A stretch of 64,000 nucleotides of DNA from an uncultured Granulosicoccaceae bacterium (GTDB lineage: Bacteria > Pseudomonadota > Gammaproteobacteria > Granulosicoccales > Granulosicoccaceae), in assembly GCA_938020525.1 (NCBI GenBank), contig CALIHW010000053.1, positions 8,705 to 72,704 of the forward strand, given 5' to 3'. Positions 48,249 to 58,705 of the stretch are shown piece by piece (positions within the stretch are counted from its first letter, which is position 1; every line of letters begins with the position of its first letter). Under the pieces are notes generated by a model. That model was not told the origin of the DNA. It was given only the letters and a program-made list of their open reading frames with translations, and ran no database searches. The translations under genes were made by a program, and so were the position numbers.

Positions 48249-51098
48249 CTACGCCGCTTTCAGATCTACACCATTATTAAGTTGCAGAGTATCAAACGGC
48301 ACTTCCTCAGCGACAGCTGAGCCCTGCGCATAACCAACACCCAATGATCTTAGAATTTCGAGGCACCCTGCGCTCTCAACCTGCTCCGCGATCATTGAAA
48401 GCCCCATAGATGAAGCAAAGCTATGAATTGATCTGACCATCGCCTGGTCAGCATTGAACTCATCGCCTGTGACAGAAACACTGTCTAAGTTTCTTATCAA
48501 ACTACCATCGATCTTCAAGGTAGTTACCGGGATTGTCTTCAGCAGAGCGAAAGATGTCATGCCTGCACCAAAATCATCCAGTGCAACTTCACAACCCATC
48601 GATCTTAACGCTCGGCAGAATTCTTCAGACTTTGCAGGCTTGCTTAAAAGATCACTTTCTTTTATGTCAAAGCATAATCTTGCAGGATCGATCGCAGCCA
48701 GATTTATCTGCTCTCTCAGGAAGTCTTGAAACTCTTCAGACTGAATCGATTGAGAAGACAAATTAATAATAAAATGATCTTCCATAAATTCATGCCGCAA
48801 CGAGGCCAATCTACCGATCGTTTTCCGCACAACCCACTTATCTATGCTTTCTGCAATCTCATATCGTACAGCTGACTTCATAAACGCAGTAGGGCTTATC
48901 AATTCACCCTCTTCATTTAGACGCAGCAGCACCTCATGAGCGGTGCTACTGCCATCCTGCAATGACACAACAGACTGAGTAAGCAGCTCGAAGCTCTCAG
49001 TTTGCAAAGCATATTTTAATCGAGGCAACCACATTGAGCCTTGATCAACTTGCTTCGTGCTATCCCCAATAATTCGCTCACAGACGCTGTTTCTACCAAG
49101 ATGTTTAGCATCAAAACAAGCAGCATCTGCAGTTTTTATTACATCATCAAACTCACTTTTTTCGGGCATAAAGTGAACAAAACCAATACTACAACGTACC
49201 GGAAAAACATGATCATCATAACTAAAGAAAAACGACTGAAAGCAAGCCTGAATTCTGGCAGTCACGTCCTTTGCGGAGGAGCGAGTACAATTGCGAAGCA
49301 CAATCCCGAACTCATCACCACCGAGTCGGGCTACCAGATCATAGTCCCGAACAATAGTCGAGAAAGTATGCGCCACCTGAACCAATAGCTCATCACCTGC
49401 ATCATGACCGCAAGTATCGTTAATCTCTTTAAAACGATCCAGATCAATAAAGCAAAGGACGTGTCCGCTGTCCTCATATGCCTTATCACGACCTTCACCA
49501 TCTGCAATCAGGTTTTGTAGTTGGCTTTCAAAATTTAGCCGGTTTGAAAGACCAGTAAGCGAATCATGATTTACTTTGTGTGTTAGCTCCTGAGTCAACG
49601 CATGCTCAACACTAATATCACGCAAAACAATTACGTGACCGGTATGCTCACCATTGAGATCTCTGAGTGGTGACTGTTTTTTATTGATATATCTGCGGGA
49701 ATGATCAGCAGAATAAAGCACCAGATTCCCGTCCTCTGAAGAATGTACCACCACGCTATCAACACGATGACCCTGGATCTCCGCCTCAGTATATCCGAGT
49801 AAGTTCTCTGCAGCCTCATTGACATACAGAATTTTTTCCTCAACATCCGTAGTGATAACTGCATCGTCAATAGATGCCAGAGTTACTGCTGCCCGATATC
49901 TTGCGAGATAGAGTTTTTCGCTTTCTATTCTGCGTAATTTCAACACATGCCGCTTTTTTCTGACGAGCTGCATGATAGTCAAAAACATGAGTGATAAAAG
50001 TGAACCTGCTACAAGCAATAGGACAATCACCTTAACGGACAGCCCGGTCGGTCTGCTAACTTCCAGAGAGATAGTTTTATCACCTAGAGAAAAAGTACTT
50101 AGCCAATTATTTTTCTTAAACGACTTATCGAATTTTAAATCGGCTTTCAATTCTGCCGACTGTCGATATAGCATCTCATAGGAAGACTCTGTAGCGAACT
50201 CACTCTGCTCACTAAACATAGCCAGTTCTATATCAAACAGTTGTATTTCTATACCACCAGATGATGCCATTTCATCCAGATCGAGTTCCAGCAGGTATCC
50301 CTGACCAGCATTGTCATTACGTGTGCCAGACCGAAACAACAACAACTCTCCGGGACGATTCCAATCTACCGGTAATGGTGCGACTATTGATTGACCTGAT
50401 GACTTCTCAAGAGCTGACAAGGTTTGAGAATTGTTTAGAGCAGCCAAATCAAAACCGGTTAGATCAACGTATGTCTCTGCCTGGGAAACAAAACGAGATT
50501 TGAAAACTGTTAATGGTAAGTAGGCGTCTGCAGCAGACAGAGCTTTTGCGGTTGCAACATCTCCCTTGCTATCGAAGTACCAGGCAATATCCGCAATTAC
50601 TTCGGCATCCAGCAGACGCATTTCAAGATCTGGCAGTTGATCCCGGCCTGAGCTTTCAAACCGTCCAAGTCCAGTGACGTATTCATACTGGTTCAGTACT
50701 TTAGAAAAATGCGATTGGATCTGCAGATGATCAGCGTCTGAGTAATTAGACGCATCCAGGGATGTCACCACTCCTTCAGCCACGTCAATGCCGCTGCGCA
50801 GAACTGCCGCAATATTCTGAGCCTCTGCCTCAAATTGTCGCTTGGAAATCTGCAAGGCAGCCATACCACCAATGCTCGTTACCAGCAAAAATACGCAGGC
50901 GGCCAACAGCACGATCAATAACTCTTTCATCGACAAAATGGCAAATGAATACCTAAATGGCATAATAATCCCCGCACACATCCTGACACCAGATGTATCA
51001 CGTCTTATAGTTTTACGGGCCGACAACATTACAACGAATGACTGGGCAATCCGGTAACTTGCGACTTTTTCGCTGATTTCTTCAATATGGATAACCAT
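48249..51098 (-). CDS. Membrane sensor with periplasmic domain, PAS, GGDEF and EAL domains (c-di-GMP turnover)
   Basis: RLGGDEFGIVL (GGDEF) and EVLLRL...DDFGAG (EAL) are present. A PAS-like region lies before GGDEF. Two TM helices flank a region of about 300 aa. The likely true start is MKELLIV... at 50930. Confidence 0.85.
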   Translation of the reverse strand: MVIHIEEISEKVASYRIAQSFVVMLSARKTIRRDTSGVRMCAGIIMPFRYSFAILSMKELLIVLLAACVFLLVTSIGGMAALQISKRQFEAEAQNIAAVLRSGIDVAEGVVTSLDASNYSDADHLQIQSHFSKVLNQYEYVTGLGRFESSGRDQLPDLEMRLLDAEVIADIAWYFDSKGDVATAKALSAADAYLPLTVFKSRFVSQAETYVDLTGFDLAALNNSQTLSALEKSSGQSIVAPLPVDWNRPGELLLFRSGTRNDNAGQGYLLELDLDEMASSGGIEIQLFDIELAMFSEQSEFATESSYEMLYRQSAELKADLKFDKSFKKNNWLSTFSLGDKTISLEVSRPTGLSVKVIVLLLVAGSLLSLMFLTIMQLVRKKRHVLKLRRIESEKLYLARYRAAVTLASIDDAVITTDVEEKILYVNEAAENLLGYTEAEIQGHRVDSVVVHSSEDGNLVLYSADHSRRYINKKQSPLRDLNGEHTGHVIVLRDISVEHALTQELTHKVNHDSLTGLSNRLNFESQLQNLIADGEGRDKAYEDSGHVLCFIDLDRFKEINDTCGHDAGDELLVQVAHTFSTIVRDYDLVARLGGDEFGIVLRNCTRSSAKDVTARIQACFQSFFFSYDDHVFPVRCSIGFVHFMPEKSEFDDVIKTADAACFDAKHLGRNSVCERIIGDSTKQVDQGSMWLPRLKYALQTESFELLTQSVVSLQDGSSTAHEVLLRLNEEGELISPTAFMKSAVRYEIAESIDKWVVRKTIGRLASLRHEFMEDHFIINLSSQSIQSEEFQDFLREQINLAAIDPARLCFDIKESDLLSKPAKSEEFCRALRSMGCEVALDDFGAGMTSFALLKTIPVTTLKIDGSLIRNLDSVSVTGDEFNADQAMVRSIHSFASSMGLSMIAEQVESAGCLEILRSLGVGYAQGSAVAEEVPFDTLQLNNGVDLKAA

Positions 51099-51300
51099 TC
51101 TTTGCTCGTTCGCACAGTTTGTATAATCATTAGTAATTCATCTGACTTACACATATGAATTTGACTACACAGTCGATACGGTGCGAGGCTGCTCAGGCAA
51201 CGCACTCGTACGGGGAAGATGAGACAATTATTCGACAAACTGAACCCGAGGCCAGCATTGAAGATGCTAGATATGAACGTCCCAACAAGCCGGCGTCGAT

Positions 51301-52206
51301 GTGGTGTTTCGTGTGAGTGAGGTTAATCAGCTGGTTTCTGGTCTTGCTGCGTGTGGTTACATCGCCGGCAATGACCTCGCCACCACCTTGCATCTGGCGC
51401 AGAAACTGGAGCGACCGGTACTTTTAGAGGGCGATGCAGGCGTAGGCAAAACTGCGATCGCTCTGGCGCTGGCACAATACCGGGATTTTGAGCTGATCCG
51501 CCTGCAGTGCTACGAAGGCCTGGACAGCAGCATGGCGTTGTATGAATGGAATTATCAGCGACAATTGATGACGATCCGGCTGCACGAACAATCAGACAAG
51601 GCATCCAGCGCCGTGGAAGAAAAAATCTTCTCTGAGGAATTTCTATTAAAGCGTCCGCTGCTTCAAGCCATCTTGTCGGAACAACAATCTGTACTTTTGA
51701 TTGATGAGCTCGATCGCGCAGATGATGAATTCGAGGCTTTTCTACTAGAGCTATTGGCCGAATTTCAAATTACCATCCCTGAAATCGGCACCATCAAAGC
51801 AAAACACAAACCACTTGTTGTTCTAACGTCAAACGCCACACGGGATTTAAGTGATGCTTTACGCCGTCGGTGTCTGTACCACTTCGTTGATTACCCATCT
51901 CGCGAAAAAGAGCTGCAGATTTTGTTAAAGCATCTGCCACTGCTGCCAGATGATCTCTCAAAATCGATTGTTGGCTTCATTCAAAACTTACGGCAACAGA
52001 ATCTTAAAAAAACTCCCGGTATAGCAGAAACACTCGATTGGGCCAGCGCACTGCTTCAAATGCAGGTAACTGACCTACGCGAGTCTCTACCAGAAATAGA
52101 ATCAACGTTAAGCTGTGTGCTGAAAACCCGTAGCGATCGTGAACAAGTTAATAAGGCTTGGATTAATAAGGTGCTGGAGGAGTCAACAAACAGGGTGACG
52201 GAGTGA
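51301..52206 (+). CDS. MoxR-family AAA+ ATPase (CoxD-like)
   Basis: Walker A is LLEGDAGVGKTAIA and Walker B is LLIDELDR. The size is about 300 aa. A VWA/CoxE-like gene follows. Confidence 0.8.
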   Translation: MVFRVSEVNQLVSGLAACGYIAGNDLATTLHLAQKLERPVLLEGDAGVGKTAIALALAQYRDFELIRLQCYEGLDSSMALYEWNYQRQLMTIRLHEQSDKASSAVEEKIFSEEFLLKRPLLQAILSEQQSVLLIDELDRADDEFEAFLLELLAEFQITIPEIGTIKAKHKPLVVLTSNATRDLSDALRRRCLYHFVDYPSREKELQILLKHLPLLPDDLSKSIVGFIQNLRQQNLKKTPGIAETLDWASALLQMQVTDLRESLPEIESTLSCVLKTRSDREQVNKAWINKVLEESTNRVTE

Positions 52207-52238
52207 GTTTAAAATGAACCGAACACGAGCTCAAAAAA

Positions 52239-53420
52239 GTGGCTGACAATGCGGACATGCCACATGAACTTCGGGCAGACACATTAATTGCAAGCCGCCT
52301 GTTCAGGTTCATAAACCTGTTACGTGCGAACGGGTTTGATTTATCTGCAAACGATATAAAGGCAGCACACTTAGCGATTAGTGATGGAGCTCTATCATCT
52401 GAAGACCATTTACAAAACTCTTTAAGATCAATTTTTTGCCAATCTAAATCTCAATGGCAGGCATTCCCAATACTGTTTCGCATATCGTGGAGAAATCCAC
52501 AAACGGATGAGCACGTTGACACCGACTCTCCTGCATCGTCACAAAGGGAAAGCACTGCCACCGGATTGTCTTATTTTTCAGAGTCTCTGGCTCTGGAGCA
52601 AACACTTACCACGAATCAGGACACAGTAGATCTTTATTCCGGAGGCGCGAGCGACGCGCGTACTTTTTCAGAGCGTGATTTCCGATTTGTATTTAATCCT
52701 CACGATATGCGGCATATCGAGAGAATTGTCGACGACATCGCCAGAAGAATGCAAAAACGACTTAGACGCCGAGCCAGACAAGACCGCAACCGTGGCCATC
52801 TAGATCTAAGAAAAACCGCGCGCACTAACCTTCGCCACAATGGCTGGCCGTTTGACCTCTACTATCGCCGCAAACAGAAATCTCCAGTTCGATTTCTGCT
52901 CCTGCTTGATGTAAGCCAGTCCATGGAGGTCTACAGCTATTTGTTTCTCCGATTTGCCCGAGGCTTGCTGCAGGCATTTAAAGATACGGATGCCTATGCA
53001 TTTCATACCGATCTTATACATATAGGAGATGAGCTACGGGATAAGAGCACGCATCGACTTGAGGCACGACTTAAGAACCTATCCAGTGGTTGGCTGGGCG
53101 GTACTAGAATTGCCGTGTCACTGAAAAATTTCAATCAGCAACATGCAAAACAATCAGTACAGAAGGACACTATCATTGTTATTTTCAGTGATGGTTATGA
53201 TAGCGGTGATCCAGACGATCTTGTAACCGAGGTACTTCAGCTCAAATCGATAAGCCGCAGGGTTGTCTGGGTTAATCCGTTACTTGGCAGAGGCACAAAC
53301 CCTGAACCACTGCCGATTGAAAAATCATTATTCGCCGTGCTGCCACATCTCGACCTCTATACAAGCGCGCATAACATTAATTCATTGAAGAACCTGGAGC
53401 CGGCATTCAGGTACCGCTAG
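52239..53420 (+). CDS. VWA-domain protein, CoxE-like
   Basis: The N-terminal LFRFINLLRANGFDLS pattern is typical of CoxE-like proteins. The C-terminal VWA domain has a MIDAS-like LLLDVSQSM. The start may instead be the ATG at 52257. Confidence 0.7.
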   Translation: MADNADMPHELRADTLIASRLFRFINLLRANGFDLSANDIKAAHLAISDGALSSEDHLQNSLRSIFCQSKSQWQAFPILFRISWRNPQTDEHVDTDSPASSQRESTATGLSYFSESLALEQTLTTNQDTVDLYSGGASDARTFSERDFRFVFNPHDMRHIERIVDDIARRMQKRLRRRARQDRNRGHLDLRKTARTNLRHNGWPFDLYYRRKQKSPVRFLLLLDVSQSMEVYSYLFLRFARGLLQAFKDTDAYAFHTDLIHIGDELRDKSTHRLEARLKNLSSGWLGGTRIAVSLKNFNQQHAKQSVQKDTIIVIFSDGYDSGDPDDLVTEVLQLKSISRRVVWVNPLLGRGTNPEPLPIEKSLFAVLPHLDLYTSAHNINSLKNLEPAFRYR

Positions 53421-53480
53421 TGGGTCGCGACTAACCCGGCAACTGCCAGTAATGAAGCCATAATATTGCAGACACAAAAA

Positions 53481-53499
53481 AGCCCGCTGTCAGCGGGCT
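53481..53499. terminator. Bidirectional intrinsic terminator between the VWA gene and convergent rpsI
   Basis: The hairpin is AGCCCGCT-GTC-AGCGGGCT. It is flanked by AAAAA upstream and TTGTTCGTATTTT downstream. Confidence 0.65.
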
Positions 53500-53536
53500 T
53501 GTTCGTATTTTGCTTGTTCGTATTTAAACGGCTGCT

Positions 53537-53929
53537 CTAACGCTTCGAGAACTGAGTTGCTCGACGTGCTTTTCGAAGCCCGACTTTCTTACGCTCTACC
53601 TCGCGAGCGTCGCGCGTTAGAAAGCCCGCTTTACGCAGCTCGGAGCGATTCTCTGAATCGTACTGCAACAGCGCTCTGGCAATGCCGTGGCGAATTGCAC
53701 CAGCCTGACCACTGTTACCACCGCCAGCGACTGTGATGTTGAAATCGAACTTGTCTTTGACTTCCAGAGTTTCAAGCGGCTGACGCACAATCATTCGTGC
53801 AGTTTCGCGACCAAAGTACTCATCAAGCGGACGGCTGTTAACCGTGATGTCACCTTTACCCGCCTGCATGAAAACGCGAGCACTTGAAGACTTTCTTCGA
53901 CCTGTACCGTAGTAGTGCTGTTGAGCCAT
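53537..53929 (-). CDS. rpsI: 30S ribosomal protein S9
   Basis: It is 130 aa and ends ...[12 protein letters not shown]. Confidence 0.95.
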   Translation of the reverse strand: MAQQHYYGTGRRKSSSARVFMQAGKGDITVNSRPLDEYFGRETARMIVRQPLETLEVKDKFDFNITVAGGGNSGQAGAIRHGIARALLQYDSENRSELRKAGFLTRDAREVERKKVGLRKARRATQFSKR

Positions 53930-53986
53930 TAATTTATAACCTTATTCTTATCTGTTAGGGATCGAGGCTGGTAGAGCTTGGGCTGC

Positions 53987-54418
53987 CTACTTGATCTCTA
54001 GAGGTTCCGGCATCTGGGCCGCGTGACGATGCTCGGCACCGGGATAAATTTTCAGCTTCTTAATCATTGCCCGGCCAAGTGCGTTTTTCGGCAACATGCC
54101 TTTAACCGCCAGCTGAATCGGGCGGCCCGGAGCGCGCTCCTGCATCTTTTCAAAGCTAACCGACTTTAAATGACCGATATAGCCGGTGTGGTGGTGATAC
54201 ATTTTGTCTGTCGCTTTCTTGCCAGTGACAGCCACTTTCTCAGCATTGATCACAACGATATAATCGCCAGTGTCAACATGCGGCGTATACTCGGGCTTGT
54301 GCTTGCCACGCAGAACCCGCGCGCACTCACTGGCCAGACGCCCCAGGGTTTTACCCTCGGCATCAACAATAAACCACTGACGTTTTACCTCGGCCGGCTT
54401 GGCACTAAAGGTCTTCAT
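53987..54418 (-). CDS. rplM: 50S ribosomal protein L13
   Basis: The sequence is [30 protein letters not shown]..., 142 aa from the ATG at 54418. The listed ORF extends 9 codons further upstream. Confidence 0.95.
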   Translation of the reverse strand: MKTFSAKPAEVKRQWFIVDAEGKTLGRLASECARVLRGKHKPEYTPHVDTGDYIVVINAEKVAVTGKKATDKMYHHHTGYIGHLKSVSFEKMQERAPGRPIQLAVKGMLPKNALGRAMIKKLKIYPGAEHRHAAQMPEPLEIK

Positions 54419-54466
54419 CGCAACTCCACAAACAGGGGCGAACAATAATATTCGGGAAAGCCCTCC

Positions 54467-54495
54467 ATTTTAGAAGACTCGTGACCATTGCACAA
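54467..54495 (-). promoter_or_regulatory. Candidate sigma70 promoter for rplM-rpsI
   Basis: On the minus strand: TTGTGC (54495..54490), a 17-nt spacer, then TAAAAT (54472..54467). This is about 50 nt upstream of the rplM start. Confidence 0.4.
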
Positions 54496-54557
54496 GTCCT
54501 CTGACACACTTCAGCCACAATATTCTTCCACAAGAAACACGGAGATTTGGCTTAAGT

Positions 54558-54617
54558 GCGGGTCTGAATTAAAACGACGCGGTCTGAATTAAAACGACGC
54601 GGTCTGAAACAGACCGC
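54558..54617. repeat. 20-bp direct duplication ending in a perfect hairpin
   Basis: GCGGTCTGAATTAAAACGAC occurs twice (the first copy has one extra G). GCGGTCTG-AAA-CAGACCGC follows at 54599..54617. On the minus strand the hairpin is followed by GTCGTTTTAATT, so it could terminate the osmC-like transcript. Confidence 0.6.
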
Positions 54618-54863
54618 GTCTAACCACCGTAGGAGGATGGAGGAGGAAACTTATGCTGAGTATTATAGCACGCGCTTGCTGCAACGCAACTCAATCCATC
54701 AAGTTTTACATTGCAAATTCTTTAATAAAATCCGTTAATTAGGAAATTTTTCCCTGCATGACATCGTTTTTATGTTGCACTGCAACATGACCGACCATTA
54801 CTGCTTCGACCAGTTTGTGATAGAAAAATTCCCAAAGCTAATTGCCTTTTTACACTTAAACCT

Positions 54864-55295
54864 TCAAGCCTCATCTATGGAACCGGGGGCAATTTCCACT
54901 CTGTGGGTAATCTCGACAGTCTCTTCAAGCATCTTTGCAACAGAGCAATACTTCTCGGCTGACAGAGAAACTGCCCTTGTCACCTGCTTTTCTGAAAGAT
55001 CTGTTCCTTCTATCTGAAACACCATCTCTACTTTGGTAAAAACCGCAGGTACCGCATCGGCGCGCTTTGCTTCCAACAGCACCTGGCAATCGCGCACATT
55101 CTGGCGCGCTTTTTTCAACATCAACACCACATCAAAGGCAGAACAGGTGCCGAGACCGATCAATACAGCCTCCATTGGCCGGATTCCAAGATTTCGACCC
55201 CCATGGTCCTCGGAACCGTCCAGCACGATGCTGTGACCACTTCCAGACTCTGCGACAAAACTCATGTGATCGAGCCATTTCACTCTGGCTTGCAT
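54864..55295 (-). CDS. OsmC/Ohr family protein
   Basis: It is 143 aa. The two conserved cysteines are in GLGTCSAFD and AEKYCSVA contexts. Confidence 0.75.
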   Translation of the reverse strand: MQARVKWLDHMSFVAESGSGHSIVLDGSEDHGGRNLGIRPMEAVLIGLGTCSAFDVVLMLKKARQNVRDCQVLLEAKRADAVPAVFTKVEMVFQIEGTDLSEKQVTRAVSLSAEKYCSVAKMLEETVEITHRVEIAPGSIDEA

Positions 55296-55472
55296 TGGAT
55301 TGCTCCTAAATTGGTGATTCGTTGACCAGATAATGTGAGTTGTATCAACTTAAGTAAATAAAAAAACTTTCATGTCACCCAGACGAGCACTATGAGAACA
55401 GTTTTTGCTCCGTCCACCATGTAACCGCAAAGAGCGTTATGAAAGCGCTAATAAATACCCGGAGAACGGATC

Positions 55473-56111
55473 ATGCTTCCACCACGTACTACCCCTCCCA
55501 AAGCGGAGTGGCTCGAAACGCTTTTGCGTCATAGTCACCGCCGTCAGTATCCAGCAAAGACAACCATCATTCATCATGGTGATAAGCCGGATACGCTCTA
55601 CTACATGGTCGATGGATCAGTTAGTGTAGTTATCGAAGATGATGAAGGCCGTGAGATAGTTCTCGCATACCTTAACAACGGTGACTTCTTCGGTGAAATG
55701 GGCTTGTTTGAAGAAGAGGCTGAGCGCAGTGCCTGGGTAGTAGCGCGAAACAAATGTGAAGTCGCTGAAATCAACTACGAACAGTTCCGACGTTTGGCTG
55801 ATCAGTCTCCAGAGATTCTCTTTTCACTGACAACACAAATGGCAGCACGTTTGCGCAAGACAAGCACTAAAGTCCGAGACCTCGCATTCCTTGATGTGAC
55901 CGGGCGAGTTGCGTCTACTTTGCTAGACCTTGCCAAGCAGCCTGATTCAATTACTCACCCTGATGGCATGCAAATCCGTATTACTCGTCAGGAAATTGCA
56001 CGCATTGTCGGTTGTTCCAGAGAGATGGTTGGACGCGTCCTTAAAGATCTTGAAGATCGCGGATTGATCCATGCGCGCGGTAAAACAATGGTTATCTACG
56101 GCACTCGCTAG
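55473..56111 (+). CDS. crp: cAMP receptor protein (CRP/Vfr)
   Basis: The cNMP-binding region is [12 protein letters not shown]...RSAWV. The HTH is [28 protein letters not shown]. The protein ends [10 protein letters not shown]. An SD sequence GGAGAA lies upstream. It neighbours trpC as vfr does in Pseudomonas. Confidence 0.9.
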   Translation: MLPPRTTPPKAEWLETLLRHSHRRQYPAKTTIIHHGDKPDTLYYMVDGSVSVVIEDDEGREIVLAYLNNGDFFGEMGLFEEEAERSAWVVARNKCEVAEINYEQFRRLADQSPEILFSLTTQMAARLRKTSTKVRDLAFLDVTGRVASTLLDLAKQPDSITHPDGMQIRITRQEIARIVGCSREMVGRVLKDLEDRGLIHARGKTMVIYGTR

Positions 56112-56164
56112 CCTGAATTGTTATTTGGGCGATTCGTCTCTAAAAAGTATTTGGGAAGTAATTG

Positions 56165-56196
56165 ATCACCCGCTGTTAAAAGCGGGTGATTTTTTC
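56165..56196 (+). terminator. Intrinsic terminator of crp
   Basis: The hairpin is ATCACCCGCT-GTTAAA-AGCGGGTGAT, followed by TTTTTTC. Confidence 0.75.
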
Positions 56197-56212
56197 ATTT
56201 AGAGGTGCAGAA

Positions 56213-57013
56213 TTAAAAGAATAATTCCCGCATTCTCGTACCGGGATCTTCCGCCCGCATAAACGCCTCACCAACAAGAAAGACGTTGACCTCTTTCTCT
56301 CTCATGACGGCAACATCATCAGTTGTCAAAATACCACTCTCAGTTACCACAAGACAGTCATCCGGGATCTGCTCAAGCAGATCAAGTGTGGTTTCAAGAG
56401 ACACGTCGAAAGTGCGAAGATCACGATTGTTAATCCCCACCAAAGACGGAGAAATCGCCAACGCACGATCAAGCTCCTCTGCATCATGAGCTTCTATTAG
56501 CACATCCATACCCAGATGAATGGCCAGTCCGTTGAGCTCCGCCATTTGCGCATCACCCAAAGCGGCAACAATAAGCAGAATGCAATCTGCATTCATCGCC
56601 CTGGCTTCATACACCTGGTACTCATCGACAATAAAGTCTTTCCGGATAACCGGCAGATCGCAGGCGCTACGTGCCGCCTGCAAGTACTCTGGCGCACCTT
56701 GAAAAAAATCCCTGTCTGTTAGAACAGACAAACATGCAGCACCGCCATCCTGATAGCTTTTCGCAATTGCAGCAGGGTCAAAATTTTCACGAATAACCCC
56801 TTTACTGGGCGAGGCTTTTTTAATTTCAGCAATAATTGCAGGATCACCTGCAGTGATTCGCTTTTGCAATGCCTCTATAAACCCACGAGGTGTGGTTGCA
56901 TTCGCTGCTAACTGAGATACCTGACGCAAACTGGTTTTCTCACATGCATCTGTTATCTCCTCAAGCTTACGGCTGAGTATTTTTCTTAATATGTCCGGCG
57001 TATCCTGAGGCAT
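56213..57013 (-). CDS. trpC: Indole-3-glycerol-phosphate synthase
   Basis: [21 protein letters not shown] and NNRDLRTF are present. Confidence 0.9.
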   Translation of the reverse strand: MPQDTPDILRKILSRKLEEITDACEKTSLRQVSQLAANATTPRGFIEALQKRITAGDPAIIAEIKKASPSKGVIRENFDPAAIAKSYQDGGAACLSVLTDRDFFQGAPEYLQAARSACDLPVIRKDFIVDEYQVYEARAMNADCILLIVAALGDAQMAELNGLAIHLGMDVLIEAHDAEELDRALAISPSLVGINNRDLRTFDVSLETTLDLLEQIPDDCLVVTESGILTTDDVAVMREKEVNVFLVGEAFMRAEDPGTRMRELFF

Positions 57014-57067
57014 CTATTGTTACTCAGTCTGGTTTATTTGTTTGACGGTCTGATCTGGATGTTTTTC

Positions 57068-58096
57068 TTAACAGTTATTACTGCAGTCTATCAACTCATC
57101 AAGCTTTGCAGCTGCACCGCCATCAGCAATCAACGCCAGCGCTTTTTCCACACCTTGTTGATGCGAATCGGCAATGCCGGCAATAAAAATCGCCGCTCCG
57201 GAGTTAAGCGCCACAATATCCCTCGCCGGTCCAGCTTCATTAGCCAGTACGCGCCTCATCATCGACAGACTCTCTTGTGCACTGCCGACTTTAATTTGTG
57301 CAGTATCGGTCTGAGACATGGAAAACATAGCAGGATCTATAGTTGAGCTTGTCACTTTTCCATCCCGCAGCTCGGCAACATGTGTTTTAGAGCCAATGCT
57401 GATTTCATCCATGCCATCCTCAGCATGCACTACCATGGCTCGTTCGCTACCCAGTTTTGCAAGCACCTCTGCAATCGGTACCACCAGATGGTCACTATAA
57501 ACGCCTATTAGTTGCTTTGGAGCGGATGCCGGGTTAGTTAATGGACCAAGCACATTGAATATTGTCCGCATACCCAAATCTTTGCGGGGACCGATTGCAT
57601 GTCTCATTGCACCATGGTGCTTTGGTGCAAACATAAAACCAAGACCAACGGTATCAACACACTTGGCAACCTGTTCAGCGTCAAGATCAATATTGACACC
57701 AGCGGCCTCAAGTACATCAGCAGCACCGGAGCTACTGGATACGGCACGGTTTCCATGCTTCGCTACTTTGATACCGGCTGCAGCTGCAACCAATGAGCTA
57801 CAGGTAGAGACATTAAATGTACTGATTCCATCACCACCTGTACCGACAATATCAACCAGGTCCGCGGTTTTGCAGGTAACCCCTGTGGCAAGCTCGCGCA
57901 TCACAGTAGCGGCTGCAGCAATCTCTTCAACCGACTCACCTTTCATACGAAGGGCTACCAGCAACCCACCTATCTGCGCATCAGTGCATTCGCCAGACAT
58001 AATTTTGCGCATCGTCTGCACCATTTCATCTGCAGTCAAAGCACTACCATCGACTACTTTTGATACGGCTTGCTGGATACTGAATGATTGACTCAT
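57068..58096 (-). CDS. trpD: Anthranilate phosphoribosyltransferase
   Basis: DIVGTGGDG, KHGNRAVSS.SGAADVLEA and GPLTNPA are present. Confidence 0.9.
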   Translation of the reverse strand: MSQSFSIQQAVSKVVDGSALTADEMVQTMRKIMSGECTDAQIGGLLVALRMKGESVEEIAAAATVMRELATGVTCKTADLVDIVGTGGDGISTFNVSTCSSLVAAAAGIKVAKHGNRAVSSSSGAADVLEAAGVNIDLDAEQVAKCVDTVGLGFMFAPKHHGAMRHAIGPRKDLGMRTIFNVLGPLTNPASAPKQLIGVYSDHLVVPIAEVLAKLGSERAMVVHAEDGMDEISIGSKTHVAELRDGKVTSSTIDPAMFSMSQTDTAQIKVGSAQESLSMMRRVLANEAGPARDIVALNSGAAIFIAGIADSHQQGVEKALALIADGGAAAKLDELIDCSNNC

Positions 58097-58114
58097 TGAC
58101 TTTGCCCTAATCTT

Positions 58115-58705
58115 CTAAGCGCACTTGTTGCTGTGGAGAAATTGCTGCAGCATGTCGTGGCCGTTATCTGTCATGATTGACTCAGGATGGAACTGTACAC
58201 CTTCGACGCTGAGCGTTCGATGCTTCACACCCATAATTTCTTCCATTTCACCCGATTCGGTTTGCGTCCATGCGTTGATTTCAAAACAGTCTGGCAAACT
58301 GTCTTTTTCGATCACCAATGAATGATATCGTGTCACTGTCACGGGATTCGGTAAATCTTTAAATACACCGGAATCATTATGATAAACCGGTGACGTTTTT
58401 CCATGCATAATAGAAGCTGCACGAATTATTTTTCCACCAAAAGCCGCAGCGATACACTGGTGACCCAGACAAACACCCAGTATCGGAACTACACCGGCAC
58501 ACTGCCTGATCAGTTCGACTGATATACCGGCTTCATTCGGGGTACAGGGGCCAGGTGAAATAACCAGATACTCAGGATCAATATCGATAAGCTCTTGTAC
58601 CGATTTCTGATCATTGCGCACTACCGTGACTGGTGTGCCCAGCTCCTCAAGATACTGCACCAGGTTGAAGGTAAATGAATCGTAGTTATCGAGCATCAGC
58701 AACAT
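58115..58705 (-). CDS. trpG: Anthranilate synthase component II (glutamine amidotransferase)
   Basis: The motifs [19 protein letters not shown] and a C-terminal HPES are present. The start overlaps the trpE stop. Confidence 0.9.
   Translation of the reverse strand: MLLMLDNYDSFTFNLVQYLEELGTPVTVVRNDQKSVQELIDIDPEYLVISPGPCTPNEAGISVELIRQCAGVVPILGVCLGHQCIAAAFGGKIIRAASIMHGKTSPVYHNDSGVFKDLPNPVTVTRYHSLVIEKDSLPDCFEINAWTQTESGEMEEIMGVKHRTLSVEGVQFHPESIMTDNGHDMLQQFLHSNKCA

Noticed and set aside
50931-51098. The ORF track gives the GGDEF-EAL protein a 56-aa N-terminal extension.
   Set aside because: The extension has no signal or TM character. The first TM helix begins right after the internal Met (MKELLIVLLAACVF), so the shorter start at 50930 is more plausible. 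I kept the ORF-track coordinates in the feature and added a note there.
54558-54617. I considered whether the short direct-repeat arrays here, at 7768..7885, at 27531..27609 and at 62237..62328 could be CRISPR arrays.
   Set aside because: The units are 13-20 bp and directly adjacent, with no spacers of about 30 bp. The copies are degenerate, and no cas genes are present in the window.
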